Shown here: positions 31,086 to 41,079 of the stretch, one piece after another
How the letters are laid out: the number at the start of each line of letters is the position of its first letter
Position numbering within the stretch: the stretch's first letter is position 1
Assembly: GCA_963701855.1 (NCBI GenBank)
Contig: CAVPBK010000006.1
Coordinates: 1,280,001-1,344,000, forward strand
Direction: 5' to 3'
Length of the DNA: 64,000 nucleotides
DNA from: Nitrospirota bacterium
Lineage (GTDB): Bacteria > Nitrospirota > Nitrospiria > Nitrospirales > Nitrospiraceae
Translations under genes and position numbers: made by a program
The notes under the pieces: generated by a model
Told to the model about the DNA's origin: nothing
What the model saw: only the letters and a program-made list of their open reading frames with translations
Database searches by the model: none

Positions 31086-31639
31086 ACCAGACGAGAGCCG
31101 TTTGCATCGGAGTGATTGCCGACACCCACGGCCTGTTCGATCCGGCCATCCTGCGACACTTCAAAAGCGTCAATCACATCCTCCACGCCGGGGATATTGG
31201 CGATCAATCTGTGATTGAACAGCTAGAGCAGATCGCTCCAGTCACCGCCGTCTTCGGTAACGTCGATGACGATGAACAGGGCAGATTTCCGTCCGAGGTC
31301 GTGATCGAACTGGCAGGCCGCCGCATCGCCATCCGTCATATTTTGTATGAAGGCGGGAAGCTCACAAAAGACGGGCGAGCCTTTCTGGATCGTGAACAGC
31401 CTGATATCTGCATCTTCGGTCATACGCACCAGCCGAAAACCGAATGGTTCAGCAAGACGCTGCTCCTTAATCCAGGATCCGCCGGTCCTAAGCGGTTCTC
31501 ACTTCCACGTGGGATCGGGCTTCTGACCATTCAGGGGAAAAATGTTTTACCCAAGCTGATTCGCTTGAGCGATAATGTGAATCGACGAAACAGGTCTACG
31601 GGTGTGAAGTTGCCCAAGAAAAAAGGAGGAACGACATGA
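31082..31639 (+). CDS. Metallophosphoesterase (YfcE-like)
   Basis: ADTHG, HAGD, GNVD, GHTH, NPGS; GTG start overlapping upstream stop. Confidence 0.92.
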   Translation: MNQTRAVCIGVIADTHGLFDPAILRHFKSVNHILHAGDIGDQSVIEQLEQIAPVTAVFGNVDDDEQGRFPSEVVIELAGRRIAIRHILYEGGKLTKDGRAFLDREQPDICIFGHTHQPKTEWFSKTLLLNPGSAGPKRFSLPRGIGLLTIQGKNVLPKLIRLSDNVNRRNRSTGVKLPKKKGGTT

Positions 31640-32214
31640 AGGGAAAGACGCTGAGAAAGAGGATCGTCGCGGCGATAGTTGTGGGAAGCTTCCTGACGGT
31701 CACGACGGCCTGCTATGGACCGTTCAATCTAACCAGAAATGTCTATCAGTGGAACAGCAGCATCAAAGGCAGTAGCGAAGTGAACGAGAAGTGGATGAAG
31801 GAATTCGTCTTCTTCGGCATGATCATCATTCCGGTGTACATGTTCTCAGCGCTGCTCGACGCCTTTATCTTCAATTCCATTCAGTTCTGGAGCGGGAGCA
31901 ATCCCGTCAAGGCCGACGATGCGGGAGGCGACGGAGCGACCCGCATGGTCCGGCTGGGCGGGCTCATTGTGACGGTGGCCGAGAGTGATCGAGGCACGAC
32001 GGTGATCTATGAGCGGAACGGAATCGTCGAACGGCGTGCCATAATCGAAACGAGCGCGACGGGCTATCGTCTGATCAATGAGACCGGAGCCCTACTTGCG
32101 GAGGCAGAAATGGGACAGGATGGGAGCGTCACACTTCTCGATCCCGACTGCCAAGTGGTCAGACAATGGACCTCCAATCAACTGTTGGCAATGGCGGGAG
32201 AGACCAAGAACTGA
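31636..32214 (+). CDS. DUF3332-family lipoprotein
   Basis: TTAC-YGPFNLT...WN...KW..E.VF...IPVY...D.FIFNSIQFWSGSNP. Confidence 0.85.
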   Translation: MKGKTLRKRIVAAIVVGSFLTVTTACYGPFNLTRNVYQWNSSIKGSSEVNEKWMKEFVFFGMIIIPVYMFSALLDAFIFNSIQFWSGSNPVKADDAGGDGATRMVRLGGLIVTVAESDRGTTVIYERNGIVERRAIIETSATGYRLINETGALLAEAEMGQDGSVTLLDPDCQVVRQWTSNQLLAMAGETKN

Positions 32215-32584
32215 GAAGAACCTAGATGGAATCAGACTGATCAGTGATCGAATGGACGGCCTGATCAGTAAAAATTATGGCAATGCGTCGGCATTCGTGC
32301 AGCCCGTGATCTTGGTCGATACCTCAAGGAGGATAGATCACTTGAGGATCGGAAACGAACGCCTCCGGTCTTTTCTTCAGGAATACCCTATATGGGAGTG
32401 TCTGTGAAAGTAGGGGAGGTTCATTGACTGATGCGAGGTTAGCCCATGCGTATTGAGCAGTTCCAGGATGTCGTCAATGGTCGTGTTCTCGGTCTCGGTG
32501 AGTAGGATGGCTCAGGGAAAGCGGTTTCAGGAATGCTGGCACGGAGATTCTTGCAGCGGAACCGTTTGTCATGTGGGCTCCTGT

Positions 32585-33559
32585 TCATCGTATTAATTTC
32601 TCAACTGAAGCTCTGGGAATTAGAATTGTTCCTACCCCGACAACTTCTGCTGTCTCTACCACTACGCTTCTGACGTTCACTTCTATAGAATCCAGACCCA
32701 TCTCCGCATATGTTCCTAAAATGACTGCATCAACACCGAGAAGACTGCCAATTCTCTTTACCGATGTATCATCGAACATAGGCCTCAAAGATAAATGTTG
32801 TTCATCCATGACCTTTTGCAACTGTGAGCGTTCGATGACCTTCGCCGAGGAGGTCATGTAGACTTGGTTTGTAAGCTTGTCTGTCAGATAGTTACCAAGG
32901 GGTGTATTCGCATTTTGGGCAGCGTCAGCCAGAGGCAAGACGGCAAGCCGAGAAATATGATGCTCCTTCATGCCAATTGAAAGCTGGTCTGCCATGTCTT
33001 TGAACTGTGCCTGAATAGGTCCGAGATTAACTACCTGAGGTCTTGGCTCAGAAGGCGTCACCGGCATCTCTGGAGCAGTCTCATTGATTCCTGCCACACG
33101 TCCGTCTACTCCATAGTAGATAGGGAGACGTTTCTTCTCACCAGTCATCAGTTCTGCCGGAGTGAAGATGACCTCAGCGATCCCAATCGTCAGCAGGTCA
33201 TAGAGTAGATACACAGCAGCCCGAGCTGAACTGGGTTCATTATTGACTTCGTATTCGTAAATATCAGTCCGTGCTCCATAGCTGGTCGGGTGGGACTCTT
33301 TAGGCTGACCTAATTCCAGTTCCACCTCTCCCTTGGTCGAGCCAACATGCAGGGTCTGCAGATTGGGATCCTTATGCCCACTGAGCGCCATGCCGATCGA
33401 ACATCCGCTTAGAGTAATTGCCACCACAAGACCGGCCATGAGCCTCACGACGTACTTGCAGCGACGGTGCTCCATCATGTTCTCAGGCATGTTTTTCACG
33501 ATGGGGTCTAAGATGCATTGCACAGGGAAGCGGCGGAAGGGATGAACCGAGAAGGGCAT
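32585..33559 (-). CDS. Lipoprotein with C-terminal FlgO/CsgG-like domain (start uncertain; 33478-33490 also possible)
   Basis: Lipobox LSGC; RLAVLPL...KVIERSQLQKVMDEQ...IGSLLGVDAVILGT. Confidence 0.8.
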   Translation of the reverse strand: MPFSVHPFRRFPVQCILDPIVKNMPENMMEHRRCKYVVRLMAGLVVAITLSGCSIGMALSGHKDPNLQTLHVGSTKGEVELELGQPKESHPTSYGARTDIYEYEVNNEPSSARAAVYLLYDLLTIGIAEVIFTPAELMTGEKKRLPIYYGVDGRVAGINETAPEMPVTPSEPRPQVVNLGPIQAQFKDMADQLSIGMKEHHISRLAVLPLADAAQNANTPLGNYLTDKLTNQVYMTSSAKVIERSQLQKVMDEQHLSLRPMFDDTSVKRIGSLLGVDAVILGTYAEMGLDSIEVNVRSVVVETAEVVGVGTILIPRASVEKLIR

Positions 33560-33759
33560 AGGAGCCTCGCAGGGAGCCGTATTGTAGGAGGGAGTCACTC
33601 AAAAGCGCAAGGATCAAGAGGGGACATGGTGGTTTTCCCAAGAGGAGCGATAGTGTTTATGAAATGGCTATGTTGTAGTACACGCCCAGAGGGAAGTGAT
33701 GGATTTCCTAGAGTGGAAGGATTACACATGACGTAGCGATTGACGAATACTTGGGAGCC

Positions 33760-33978
33760 CTGGCAGGCTGCCGCATCACTATTCGTCATATTCTCTATGA
33801 AGGCGGGAAGCTCACGAAGGACGGAGGAACTTTTTGGGATCGCGAACAACCTGACATCTGCGTCAGTGGCCACACGCATCAGCCGAAAGTTGAATGGGTC
33901 GCCAAAACGTTGCTGCTCAATCCAGGATCAGCAAGACCGAAGCGATTCAAGCTTATCCAAGGGCTCGGCCTTTTACGT
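33760..33978 (+). pseudogene. Degenerate duplicate of the metallophosphoesterase 3' half
   Basis: Collinear with 31310-31528 (offset 2450); RHILYEGGKLTKDG...GHTHQPK...NPGS. Confidence 0.88.
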
Positions 33979-34159
33979 CTCAACGGCGACGAAGTATAAT
34001 CACGTCTCGTTTCATTGCCTGATAAGGCTGGGTCTCACATGGTGGGGTAGTCTGCGCCGACAATTTTTGGGCAAGAACCATCAGTTCGGCTACATGTATG
34101 ACTGAAAGATATCGAGGGGAAGTCGTGTTGTGAAGAGATGAAGCAAGGAGGTGCTCGTG

Positions 34160-34672
34160 ATGAACGTATGGAAGATAGTGATGGCGATGGCTTTTGTGGG
34201 TGTCTGTCATGCAGGCATTGCTATGGGAGCTGGAAATCCCGATACAGGTCCTGGCTGTGGGCTTGGCAAGAAATTGTGGGAGGGCTGGAAAGGTCAGAAG
34301 CAAATTGCGCCGCAAATATTCATGGCCAGCACCAATGTGACGGGCAGCTACTCATTTGCCATTAGTTCAGGAACTTCTGGCTGTAGTCATGACGGAAGAA
34401 TATGGGATAGCGAGAAGGCGAGCCTCTTCATTGGAATCAATTACGCCAACCTTTCAGAGGATATGGCTCGTGGCGGCGGTGAGCACCTGGCCTCATTGGC
34501 AATGCTCTTACATGTTCCGCAGGAATACCAGCATGAATTCTTCGCGATGGCCCAAGAACGGTATGCTTCCTTGGCCAACGCAGAAGAAGATGATCCGGTC
34601 GTGATCGCGGAAGCTCTCCAGAAAACCATAATGACTCATCCGGCTCTTGCCACGCTGCAGATCACGCAGTGA
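34160..34672 (+). CDS. DUF3015 family exported protein
   Basis: RBS AAGGAGG; GPGCGLG, SGTSGC, LSEDMARGGGEHLASLA. Confidence 0.88.
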   Translation: MNVWKIVMAMAFVGVCHAGIAMGAGNPDTGPGCGLGKKLWEGWKGQKQIAPQIFMASTNVTGSYSFAISSGTSGCSHDGRIWDSEKASLFIGINYANLSEDMARGGGEHLASLAMLLHVPQEYQHEFFAMAQERYASLANAEEDDPVVIAEALQKTIMTHPALATLQITQ

Positions 34673-34860
34673 CCGGTCCTCCTCACTCCACAAGGTTTGC
34701 CCCGTTCAAAATCAGGATCGTAGGCGCTTTGTGTGGTCAAGCAATCAGCGGGCTGTTGCTGAAATTTTTCTAGTCATCACCATTGATTTATTGTATAAAA
34801 CATCACGAGGGTTTGAATAATGCGACCTCGCTCAAATTCACATTCAAAGGAGGATTGTAT

Positions 34861-35376
34861 ATGCGCAAGGGACAGATCGTAGCTTTGATGGCACTGGCAA
34901 TTCTTGGAGCGCAGCCCGGTTTTGTGTTGGCTACGGGGGTTGCTGACAATGGTCCTGGGTGTGGTCTTGGGAAAGAGCTCTGGAGGGATCAGAATACCGA
35001 TGCGTGGGGAAAACAGGTCTTGATTTCCACGACCAACAATACCATCGTACCATTTCAGGCATTCGGGATCACGTCACAGACTATGGGCTGTAAAAACGGT
35101 GGGAAGTTCTGGGTAGAGTATAAGACAAACATGTTTGCCCAGTTGAATTTCGAGAACCTGTCTCAAGAAATGGCACAGGGTCAGGGCGAACACCTGGCCT
35201 CGCTGGCGACACTGATGGGTGTTCCAGCTGACCATCAGGCCGAATTTTTTGCAATGACTCAAGAAAGATACACAACGTTGGTGAAAGCGGGTGAGGCCTC
35301 ACCTGTCGCGATGATCAAAGCCTTAAATGACGCGGTTGCTACTCATCCGGTTTTGGCGGAAGTCTCTGGGCAGTAG
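34861..35376 (+). CDS. DUF3015 family exported protein
   Basis: RBS AGGAGG; GPGCGLG, FGITSQTMGC, LSQEMAQGQGEHLASLA. Confidence 0.9.
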   Translation: MRKGQIVALMALAILGAQPGFVLATGVADNGPGCGLGKELWRDQNTDAWGKQVLISTTNNTIVPFQAFGITSQTMGCKNGGKFWVEYKTNMFAQLNFENLSQEMAQGQGEHLASLATLMGVPADHQAEFFAMTQERYTTLVKAGEASPVAMIKALNDAVATHPVLAEVSGQ

Positions 35377-35391
35377 CCTTAAAGATTGGTG

Positions 35392-35421
35392 GAGGGCTCC
35401 CATCGCAAGATGGGGGCCCTT
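35392..35421 (+). terminator. Intergenic hairpin between DUF3015 and DUF4105 genes
   Basis: GAGGGCTCCCATC-GCAA-GATGGGGGCCCTT with a GNRA loop. Confidence 0.6.
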
Positions 35422-35422
35422 C

Positions 35423-37336
35423 ATGTTTTCAGGTGTATGGTTTGCGGCTCCCCTATTCGTTCTCGCCGTTTCTCAGTCGGCAAGTGCGACGACGATCCCC
35501 GATCATTCTTATCTAAGCGAGCTTATTCAGAGAGCTAGTCAAGCTAAGTTGGCTGAGTTGCGTGAGTGGCATCTACTCCTCCACTACCGGGAAAATGTAT
35601 TCGGCGGTTATACGAGCGAAGCGGATGATCCGCAGTTCTTTCTGTCACCAACCGGTCGGACCGATCCGCAAGCCGAACTCGAGAGCACAATAAGTGCGTT
35701 CTTCGCCACGGAGCAGGTCGGAAATTCGAAGCAGCCTGCTCAATGTGCCTTCATCGCGCGCTATCATTGGCTGAAGTCGGAATTACAGATCGACGATCTC
35801 AAGCTTCCCGCTCTGCCCTGTGAACGATTTGACCAATGGATCGCCGAACTGAACGCCGATTCCATCACTCTCATCTTCGCTTCGGCTTTTCTCGGCAATC
35901 CAGCCTCAATGTTCGGCCATACATTCTTGAGAATTGATCAAAAAGGTCAAACTGAGCAGACGCGCCTCCTTGCCTACACGGTTAACTACGCGGCGGATGT
36001 TCCTCCAGATGCGGGACTGTGGTATCCCATCAAAGGCATTTTCGGAGGGTTCAAGGGCTACTTTTCAACGCCGCCCTACTACCTCAAGGTGCAGGAGTAT
36101 CGGGACATAGAGAATCGCGACATCTGGGAATATCGCTTACAATTCTCGCAAGCGCAGTTGCGTCGATTGCTCGAGCACGCATGGGAATTGGGCAGCACCT
36201 ATTTTGACTATTATTTTCTTAAGGAGAACTGTTCATACCACATTCTCTCCCTCTTGGAATACGCCGACCCGACCCTTCATTTAACGGATCGATTCCATGC
36301 GTGGACGGTCCCGGCGGATACCGTTCGGCTCGTAGTGGCTCAACCAGGCCTTGTTAAGGACACGATGTACCGACCCTCACGAAGAACAGTGATTCAACGG
36401 AAGCGCGAACGGCTTTCAGTTGAAGAACATCAATTGTTTGTTGATATCACAGAACAGGTAGGGTCGATAGAACAGCAAGCATTCGTCAGGTTACCGATCC
36501 AAAGACAAGCCTTCATTCTCGATGTGACGTCCGACTACCTGCGTTATCGAAGCGAGACGGACAAATCCCACGCGTCCGTTTACAAAGAGCAAAACCGAGC
36601 TGTTCTCGCCGCCCGAAGCGCTATCAGAATTCCGTCAGAGGATATAAAGTTTGATCCATTTTCCAAACAGCCTGATCTTGGTCACGGCACTTCGCGTGCA
36701 AGTGTAGGGGCCGGGTGGCGTAACAACGATACGTTTGAGGAGTTGGCGATCCGGGCTGGTTACCATGATCTCCTGGATCCTGAGATTGGCCATACACAGG
36801 ATGCGCAAGTTGAAATTGCATCAGTGAGCGTGAGGCACTATAACCGGGCCGATCAGACCAGGGTTGAACGGGCCACGCTGGTCAATATGATGTCACTCTC
36901 GCCGATGGACTCGCTGTTCCATGGGCCCTCGTGGAAGATCAATGCCGGGATGAACACGATTCGCTTCGACAACTGTCAACTCTGCAGTAATGAGGTCCTG
37001 AACGGCGGCATCGGGGCAGCGGCGGAATCCCACTGGCTGAAACGGGAAGTGGTGTTCGCCTTCGCAGAGGCCGAAGCCAACTACAGCCGCGCCTATCAGG
37101 AAGACCATCGCGTCGGCGGCGGAGGGACAGTCGGCCTGCTGGCCGATCTCACCGACCGATGGAAATTGATGGCGTCAGGAACCTACCTGCGTTATGCCTT
37201 GGGGGATAAGTCAGACGACTTTCGATGGTTCGTGGGGCAACGCTATACGGTGAGTCAGAACTGGGCGTTCAGGTTGGAGTATAACCACCGCGACCACGAC
37301 AACGATGTGCTTTTCAATCTGCAAGCCTTTTTTTAA
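35423..37336 (+). CDS. DUF4105 (Lnb-like) outer-membrane protein, copy 1
   Basis: WHLLLHY, CAFIARY, PASMFGHTFLRID, ENRDIWEY, YYFLKENCSY; C-terminal beta strands ending FF. Confidence 0.88.
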   Translation: MFSGVWFAAPLFVLAVSQSASATTIPDHSYLSELIQRASQAKLAELREWHLLLHYRENVFGGYTSEADDPQFFLSPTGRTDPQAELESTISAFFATEQVGNSKQPAQCAFIARYHWLKSELQIDDLKLPALPCERFDQWIAELNADSITLIFASAFLGNPASMFGHTFLRIDQKGQTEQTRLLAYTVNYAADVPPDAGLWYPIKGIFGGFKGYFSTPPYYLKVQEYRDIENRDIWEYRLQFSQAQLRRLLEHAWELGSTYFDYYFLKENCSYHILSLLEYADPTLHLTDRFHAWTVPADTVRLVVAQPGLVKDTMYRPSRRTVIQRKRERLSVEEHQLFVDITEQVGSIEQQAFVRLPIQRQAFILDVTSDYLRYRSETDKSHASVYKEQNRAVLAARSAIRIPSEDIKFDPFSKQPDLGHGTSRASVGAGWRNNDTFEELAIRAGYHDLLDPEIGHTQDAQVEIASVSVRHYNRADQTRVERATLVNMMSLSPMDSLFHGPSWKINAGMNTIRFDNCQLCSNEVLNGGIGAAAESHWLKREVVFAFAEAEANYSRAYQEDHRVGGGGTVGLLADLTDRWKLMASGTYLRYALGDKSDDFRWFVGQRYTVSQNWAFRLEYNHRDHDNDVLFNLQAFF

Positions 37337-37661
37337 TCCAGCTCGAGGATCGACGGAACTTATTTGTAAAGTTCTTTGCCTGTCCGTTGATGGGGGAATG
37401 TTGACAATTCGAGAACCAATACATAACATTCCAGCCCACCGGTACTGGCAAGATGGTGCTACGGCAGGTTAGGTTTTCATGTAAGGTTCCGTTGTTCCCT
37501 CTTGGCAAAGATTTCAGATTTTTGATCGGGTCTTACCAAAATTACCCCGGCAAGGATCCCTCAATAACTTCAAGCCGACCCTTCTTGTCTGGTAATTTGC
37601 ATAAGTTGTTGATTGCAGACAAGCGCTCATGTTTGACGTTCCTTCAGCAGGAAAGAGAGAA

Positions 37662-38219
37662 ATGACGAGAAGAATGAGAGGCGTACTGTGCCTGGCTGTA
37701 ATGGGAATAGCCATTGCGGGCTGCACGAAAGTCGTCTTTATGGGTAATAAGGGGGAATTGAGCAAGAAAATGAGGATTACTTCAGATCCTCCCGGTGCAC
37801 AGGTTTTCCTCAGGGGATCCATACCCCTCGGCGAGACCCCACTGCTGGATGTAAAAATTGAACAAACATACGATACGTTCCTGACTCTAAAGAAGGAGGG
37901 CTATGAAGACAAAAATCTCCTCCTGAGGCATCATTTTCACGTCGTTCTCAATCCGAAGAAGGCTTCCCGTGAACAACGGGCGCAGGTTGCGCGAACTAAG
38001 ACGGCGAGGGATCTCACGCTGATAGGCTATTCAGAGGTTCAACAAAATTTGGCCGTTGGGCGCGGAGAATATCTCGCGAGTCTATTGGTAACGTTGAGGG
38101 TGCCAGAATCTGAGCAAGGCAATGCTATACGTCAGTTACAGGAGCTTATAGCGGATTCTGCGGATCCGTTAGATTTTTCGGATAAGGTTCTCGATCGTTT
38201 TCATGTGTCACGGTTCTAG
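37662..38219 (+). CDS. Lipoprotein with PEGA domain and DUF3015-like C-terminal helices
   Basis: Lipobox IAGC; ITSDPPGAQVFL..LGETPL; NLAVGRGEYLASLLVTL. Confidence 0.75.
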   Translation: MTRRMRGVLCLAVMGIAIAGCTKVVFMGNKGELSKKMRITSDPPGAQVFLRGSIPLGETPLLDVKIEQTYDTFLTLKKEGYEDKNLLLRHHFHVVLNPKKASREQRAQVARTKTARDLTLIGYSEVQQNLAVGRGEYLASLLVTLRVPESEQGNAIRQLQELIADSADPLDFSDKVLDRFHVSRF

Positions 38220-38355
38220 TGAAACCGACCGGACTGATCCCTTAAAACTTTGAGGTGAAGAAGAAATACATCGCGCGGCAACCCAATGAGCAGAAGCGTA
38301 GAGAAGCAACAAGTATTTTTCTCACCAGAACGTGCTTTTCGGCTATAATGCAACC

Positions 38356-38533
38356 GTAGCAACGCTCATGGGTGTGCCTGCCAACCATGAAAGTGATTTT
38401 TTTTGTGATGACACAGAAGCAATATGCCGCCCTAGTCGAGGCAGGTGAGAATTCGCTGATCACGATGGTCAAAGCACTGAATGACGGGATTTTAGGCCAT
38501 CCGGTTTTGGCCCAAGTCTCTTTTACCCGCTGA
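38356..38533 (+). pseudogene. DUF3015 C-terminal remnant with frameshift
   Basis: VATLMGVPANHESDFF / VMTQKQYAALVEAGE...KALND...HPVLAQVS; +1 shift in T8 run 38397-38404; matches C-terminus of 34861. Confidence 0.85.
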
Positions 38534-38542
38534 TTTACTAAT

Positions 38543-38576
38543 CCGGGGTTCCAGCTTTCATACTGGAACCCCGGGA
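38543..38576 (+). terminator. Intergenic hairpin before the second DUF4105 gene
   Basis: TCCGGGGTTCCAG-CTTTCATA-CTGGAACCCCGGG. Confidence 0.6.
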
Positions 38577-38594
38577 TATTTTCTCACTCCACCC

Positions 38595-40499
38595 TTGCGA
38601 ATTTTTGCTTTGGTCTTATTGAGCCTGGCGACGAGCATTGCGCCTGCGATGGCAAATGCCTTTTCCAACCCCTATCTTGAAGAGTTAGTTAACCTCGCCC
38701 ATCAAGCCAGGCTGGCGGACGACCGTGAATGGCATCTACTGCTTCACTATAGAGAAAACTTCTTCGGGGGCCATACCAGTGAGCAGGACGACCCGGGATT
38801 TTTCATGTCGCCCGATGGGAAAACTGACCCACAGGCAGAACTCGATGCGACGCTGAAGCAGTTCTTCTCTGATGCACTTGTTGGGCGTTCGAATCAGCCG
38901 GCTCAATGCGCCTTTATCGCCCGGTACCACTGGTTGCAGGAACGGTTACAATTCGACGATTCCCGTTTGCCGAAGATGGCATGCGAACGGTTCGAACGAT
39001 GGGTTGCCGAGTTTGAAGCCCAATCGATCACGCTCATTTTCCCCGCTGCCTTCTTGAACAATCCCGCATCCATGTTCGGTCATACGTTTCTTCGGATTGA
39101 TCAGAAGGGCCAGACCGAACAGACCAGAATTCTGGCGCATACGATCAACTATGCGGCGTACGTACCTCCTGACGCCGGAATAGCCTATCCGATCCGTGGC
39201 ATTTTCGGTGGGTACAGCGGATACTTCTCGACGTATCCTTACTACTTGAAGGTACAGGAGTATCGAGACTTCGAAAATCGAGATATTTGGGAATATCGCC
39301 TCAATTTCACGGAGTACCAGATAACGCGGTTGCTGATGCACTCGTGGGAAATGGGGAATGCCTCCTTCGACTACTTCTTCTTCAAAGAGAACTGTTCCTA
39401 TCATCTCCTGGCACTTCTCGATTATGCCGATCCCACGCTACACCTTACTGACGAGTTTCTTTTGTGGACCGTTCCTGCCGACACAGTCCGGCTGATTGCA
39501 TCGAAACCAGGGCTGGTTACCGGGGTCGCCTATCGGCCATCCCGCAGCAACGTGATCCGGCGGAAAGGTGAATCTTTGCAGGCAAGTGAACGGGACCTGG
39601 CGCTTCGAATCACCCAAGATCTCGGCGAACTCACCTCACCGGCTTTTGTCCGATTGGGTCTTACGAAGCAGGCGTTTCTGCTCGAGCTTGCCTCGGACTA
39701 CCTCCGGTATCAGATCGCGACGACCGATTCCCCGCCGCCTGAGTTGAAAGAGCGTAACAGGGCAGTCCTGACAGCCCGCGGTCAACTCCGAATTCCGTCT
39801 CAGGAGTTCACGGTGGTGCCGTTTGCGAAACAACCAGAATTGGGGCACAAAACGTCCCGCGCCACGGTGGGAGCCGGGTGGCGGAATAACGATACCTTTG
39901 AGGAAGTTTCGGTGCGGGCCGGCTATCACGATCTGCTCGATCCGGAGGTCGGGTACACACCGGATGCGCAGATTGAGTTGGCCTCGATCAGCTTGCGTCA
40001 CTACAACCGCGTCGATCAGACGAGGATTGAACGGGCAACTCTTGCCAACGTCTTATCCCTCTCACCGATTGACTCGGTCTCTCACGCACCATCGTGGAAG
40101 ATCAATATGGGCATGAACACGATTCGCTTCGGCGACTGTCAGCTCTGCAGTAATGGGGTCCTGAACGGCGGCATCGGAGCAGCGGTGGAATCCCACTGGC
40201 TGAAACGGGAAGTGGTGTTCGCCTTCGCAGAGACCGAGGCTGACTATAGTCATGCCTATGAAGAGGACCATCGGGTCGGCGGCGGGGGAACAGCCGGTCT
40301 ACTGGCGGACCTCACTGACCGATGGAAACTGATGGCATCCGGGACATACCTGCGCTATGCCTTGGGGGATAAATCAGACGACTTTCGATGGTTCGTGGGC
40401 CAACGCTATACGTTGAGTCAGAACTGGGCGCTCAGGCTGGAGTATAACCATCGCGACCACGATAACGATGTAGTCTTCAGTATGCAGGCGTTCTTCTGA
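38595..40499 (+). CDS. DUF4105 (Lnb-like) outer-membrane protein, copy 2
   Basis: Same motifs as copy 1 (SMFGHTFLRID, FFKENCSY); ends MQAFF. Confidence 0.88.
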   Translation: MRIFALVLLSLATSIAPAMANAFSNPYLEELVNLAHQARLADDREWHLLLHYRENFFGGHTSEQDDPGFFMSPDGKTDPQAELDATLKQFFSDALVGRSNQPAQCAFIARYHWLQERLQFDDSRLPKMACERFERWVAEFEAQSITLIFPAAFLNNPASMFGHTFLRIDQKGQTEQTRILAHTINYAAYVPPDAGIAYPIRGIFGGYSGYFSTYPYYLKVQEYRDFENRDIWEYRLNFTEYQITRLLMHSWEMGNASFDYFFFKENCSYHLLALLDYADPTLHLTDEFLLWTVPADTVRLIASKPGLVTGVAYRPSRSNVIRRKGESLQASERDLALRITQDLGELTSPAFVRLGLTKQAFLLELASDYLRYQIATTDSPPPELKERNRAVLTARGQLRIPSQEFTVVPFAKQPELGHKTSRATVGAGWRNNDTFEEVSVRAGYHDLLDPEVGYTPDAQIELASISLRHYNRVDQTRIERATLANVLSLSPIDSVSHAPSWKINMGMNTIRFGDCQLCSNGVLNGGIGAAVESHWLKREVVFAFAETEADYSHAYEEDHRVGGGGTAGLLADLTDRWKLMASGTYLRYALGDKSDDFRWFVGQRYTLSQNWALRLEYNHRDHDNDVVFSMQAFF

Positions 40500-40539
40500 G
40501 TGCCGCGACGTAGTCGTCTCAGAAGTCGTGATTTTATCA

Positions 40540-40567
40540 TTGACAACCTTTCGAGACCATATATACT
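40540..40567 (+). promoter_or_regulatory. sigma70 promoter
   Basis: TTGACA-16-TATACT upstream of 40651. Confidence 0.55.
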
Positions 40568-40650
40568 CGCACCCATAGTACTACTTGCTTGGATGCATAC
40601 GCAGATTCTCTTTCGCAAGCTTCTCACTATAACCATCACAAGGAGGAATC

Positions 40651-40977
40651 ATGAAGCAGCTGAAGTTTATTTTGACACTCGCAGGAATCTCAGTGGCAGC
40701 ATTTAGCCTGGCGGCCTGCCAGATTGTTGCCTCGCCGATGGCCGGCACAACGTTCAACGAGACGAAGTACGGGAACATCGCGACGGCTGAAACCGCTACG
40801 ACCAAAGAGGGGAAAGCCTGCGGTACGTCGATCTTGGGTGCGTTCGCCCAGGGTGATGCCAGTATCGTCGCTGCCAAAGCCAATGGTGGAATCACGAAAG
40901 TCACATCAGTGGACCATTCCGCCAAGAATATCTTGGGAATCTTCGGCGAATGGTGCACGATCGTCAAGGGCAACTGA
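40651..40977 (+). CDS. TRL-like family lipoprotein
   Basis: LAAC lipobox; KEGKACGTSILG.FAQGDASI..AKANGGITKVTSVDH...CTIVKG. Confidence 0.88.
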   Translation: MKQLKFILTLAGISVAAFSLAACQIVASPMAGTTFNETKYGNIATAETATTKEGKACGTSILGAFAQGDASIVAAKANGGITKVTSVDHSAKNILGIFGEWCTIVKGN

Positions 40978-40997
40978 TTTACGAACGTCCGCAATCG

Positions 40998-41039
40998 AAG
41001 GGGCCTTTGGGGTAGAAGCCCCAGAGGCCCTTTTATTTT
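40998..41039 (+). terminator. Rho-independent terminator
   Basis: GGGCCTTTGGGG-TAGAAG-CCCCAGAGGCCC followed by TTTTATTTT. Confidence 0.8.
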
Positions 41040-41079
41040 GGGCGGCGCTGCTGCCAATGCGGAGTAGGGTAGACTCGAG

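Noticed and set aside
32537..32555. sigma54-like TGGCAC...TTGCA
   Set aside because: GG to GC spacing is 13 rather than 10
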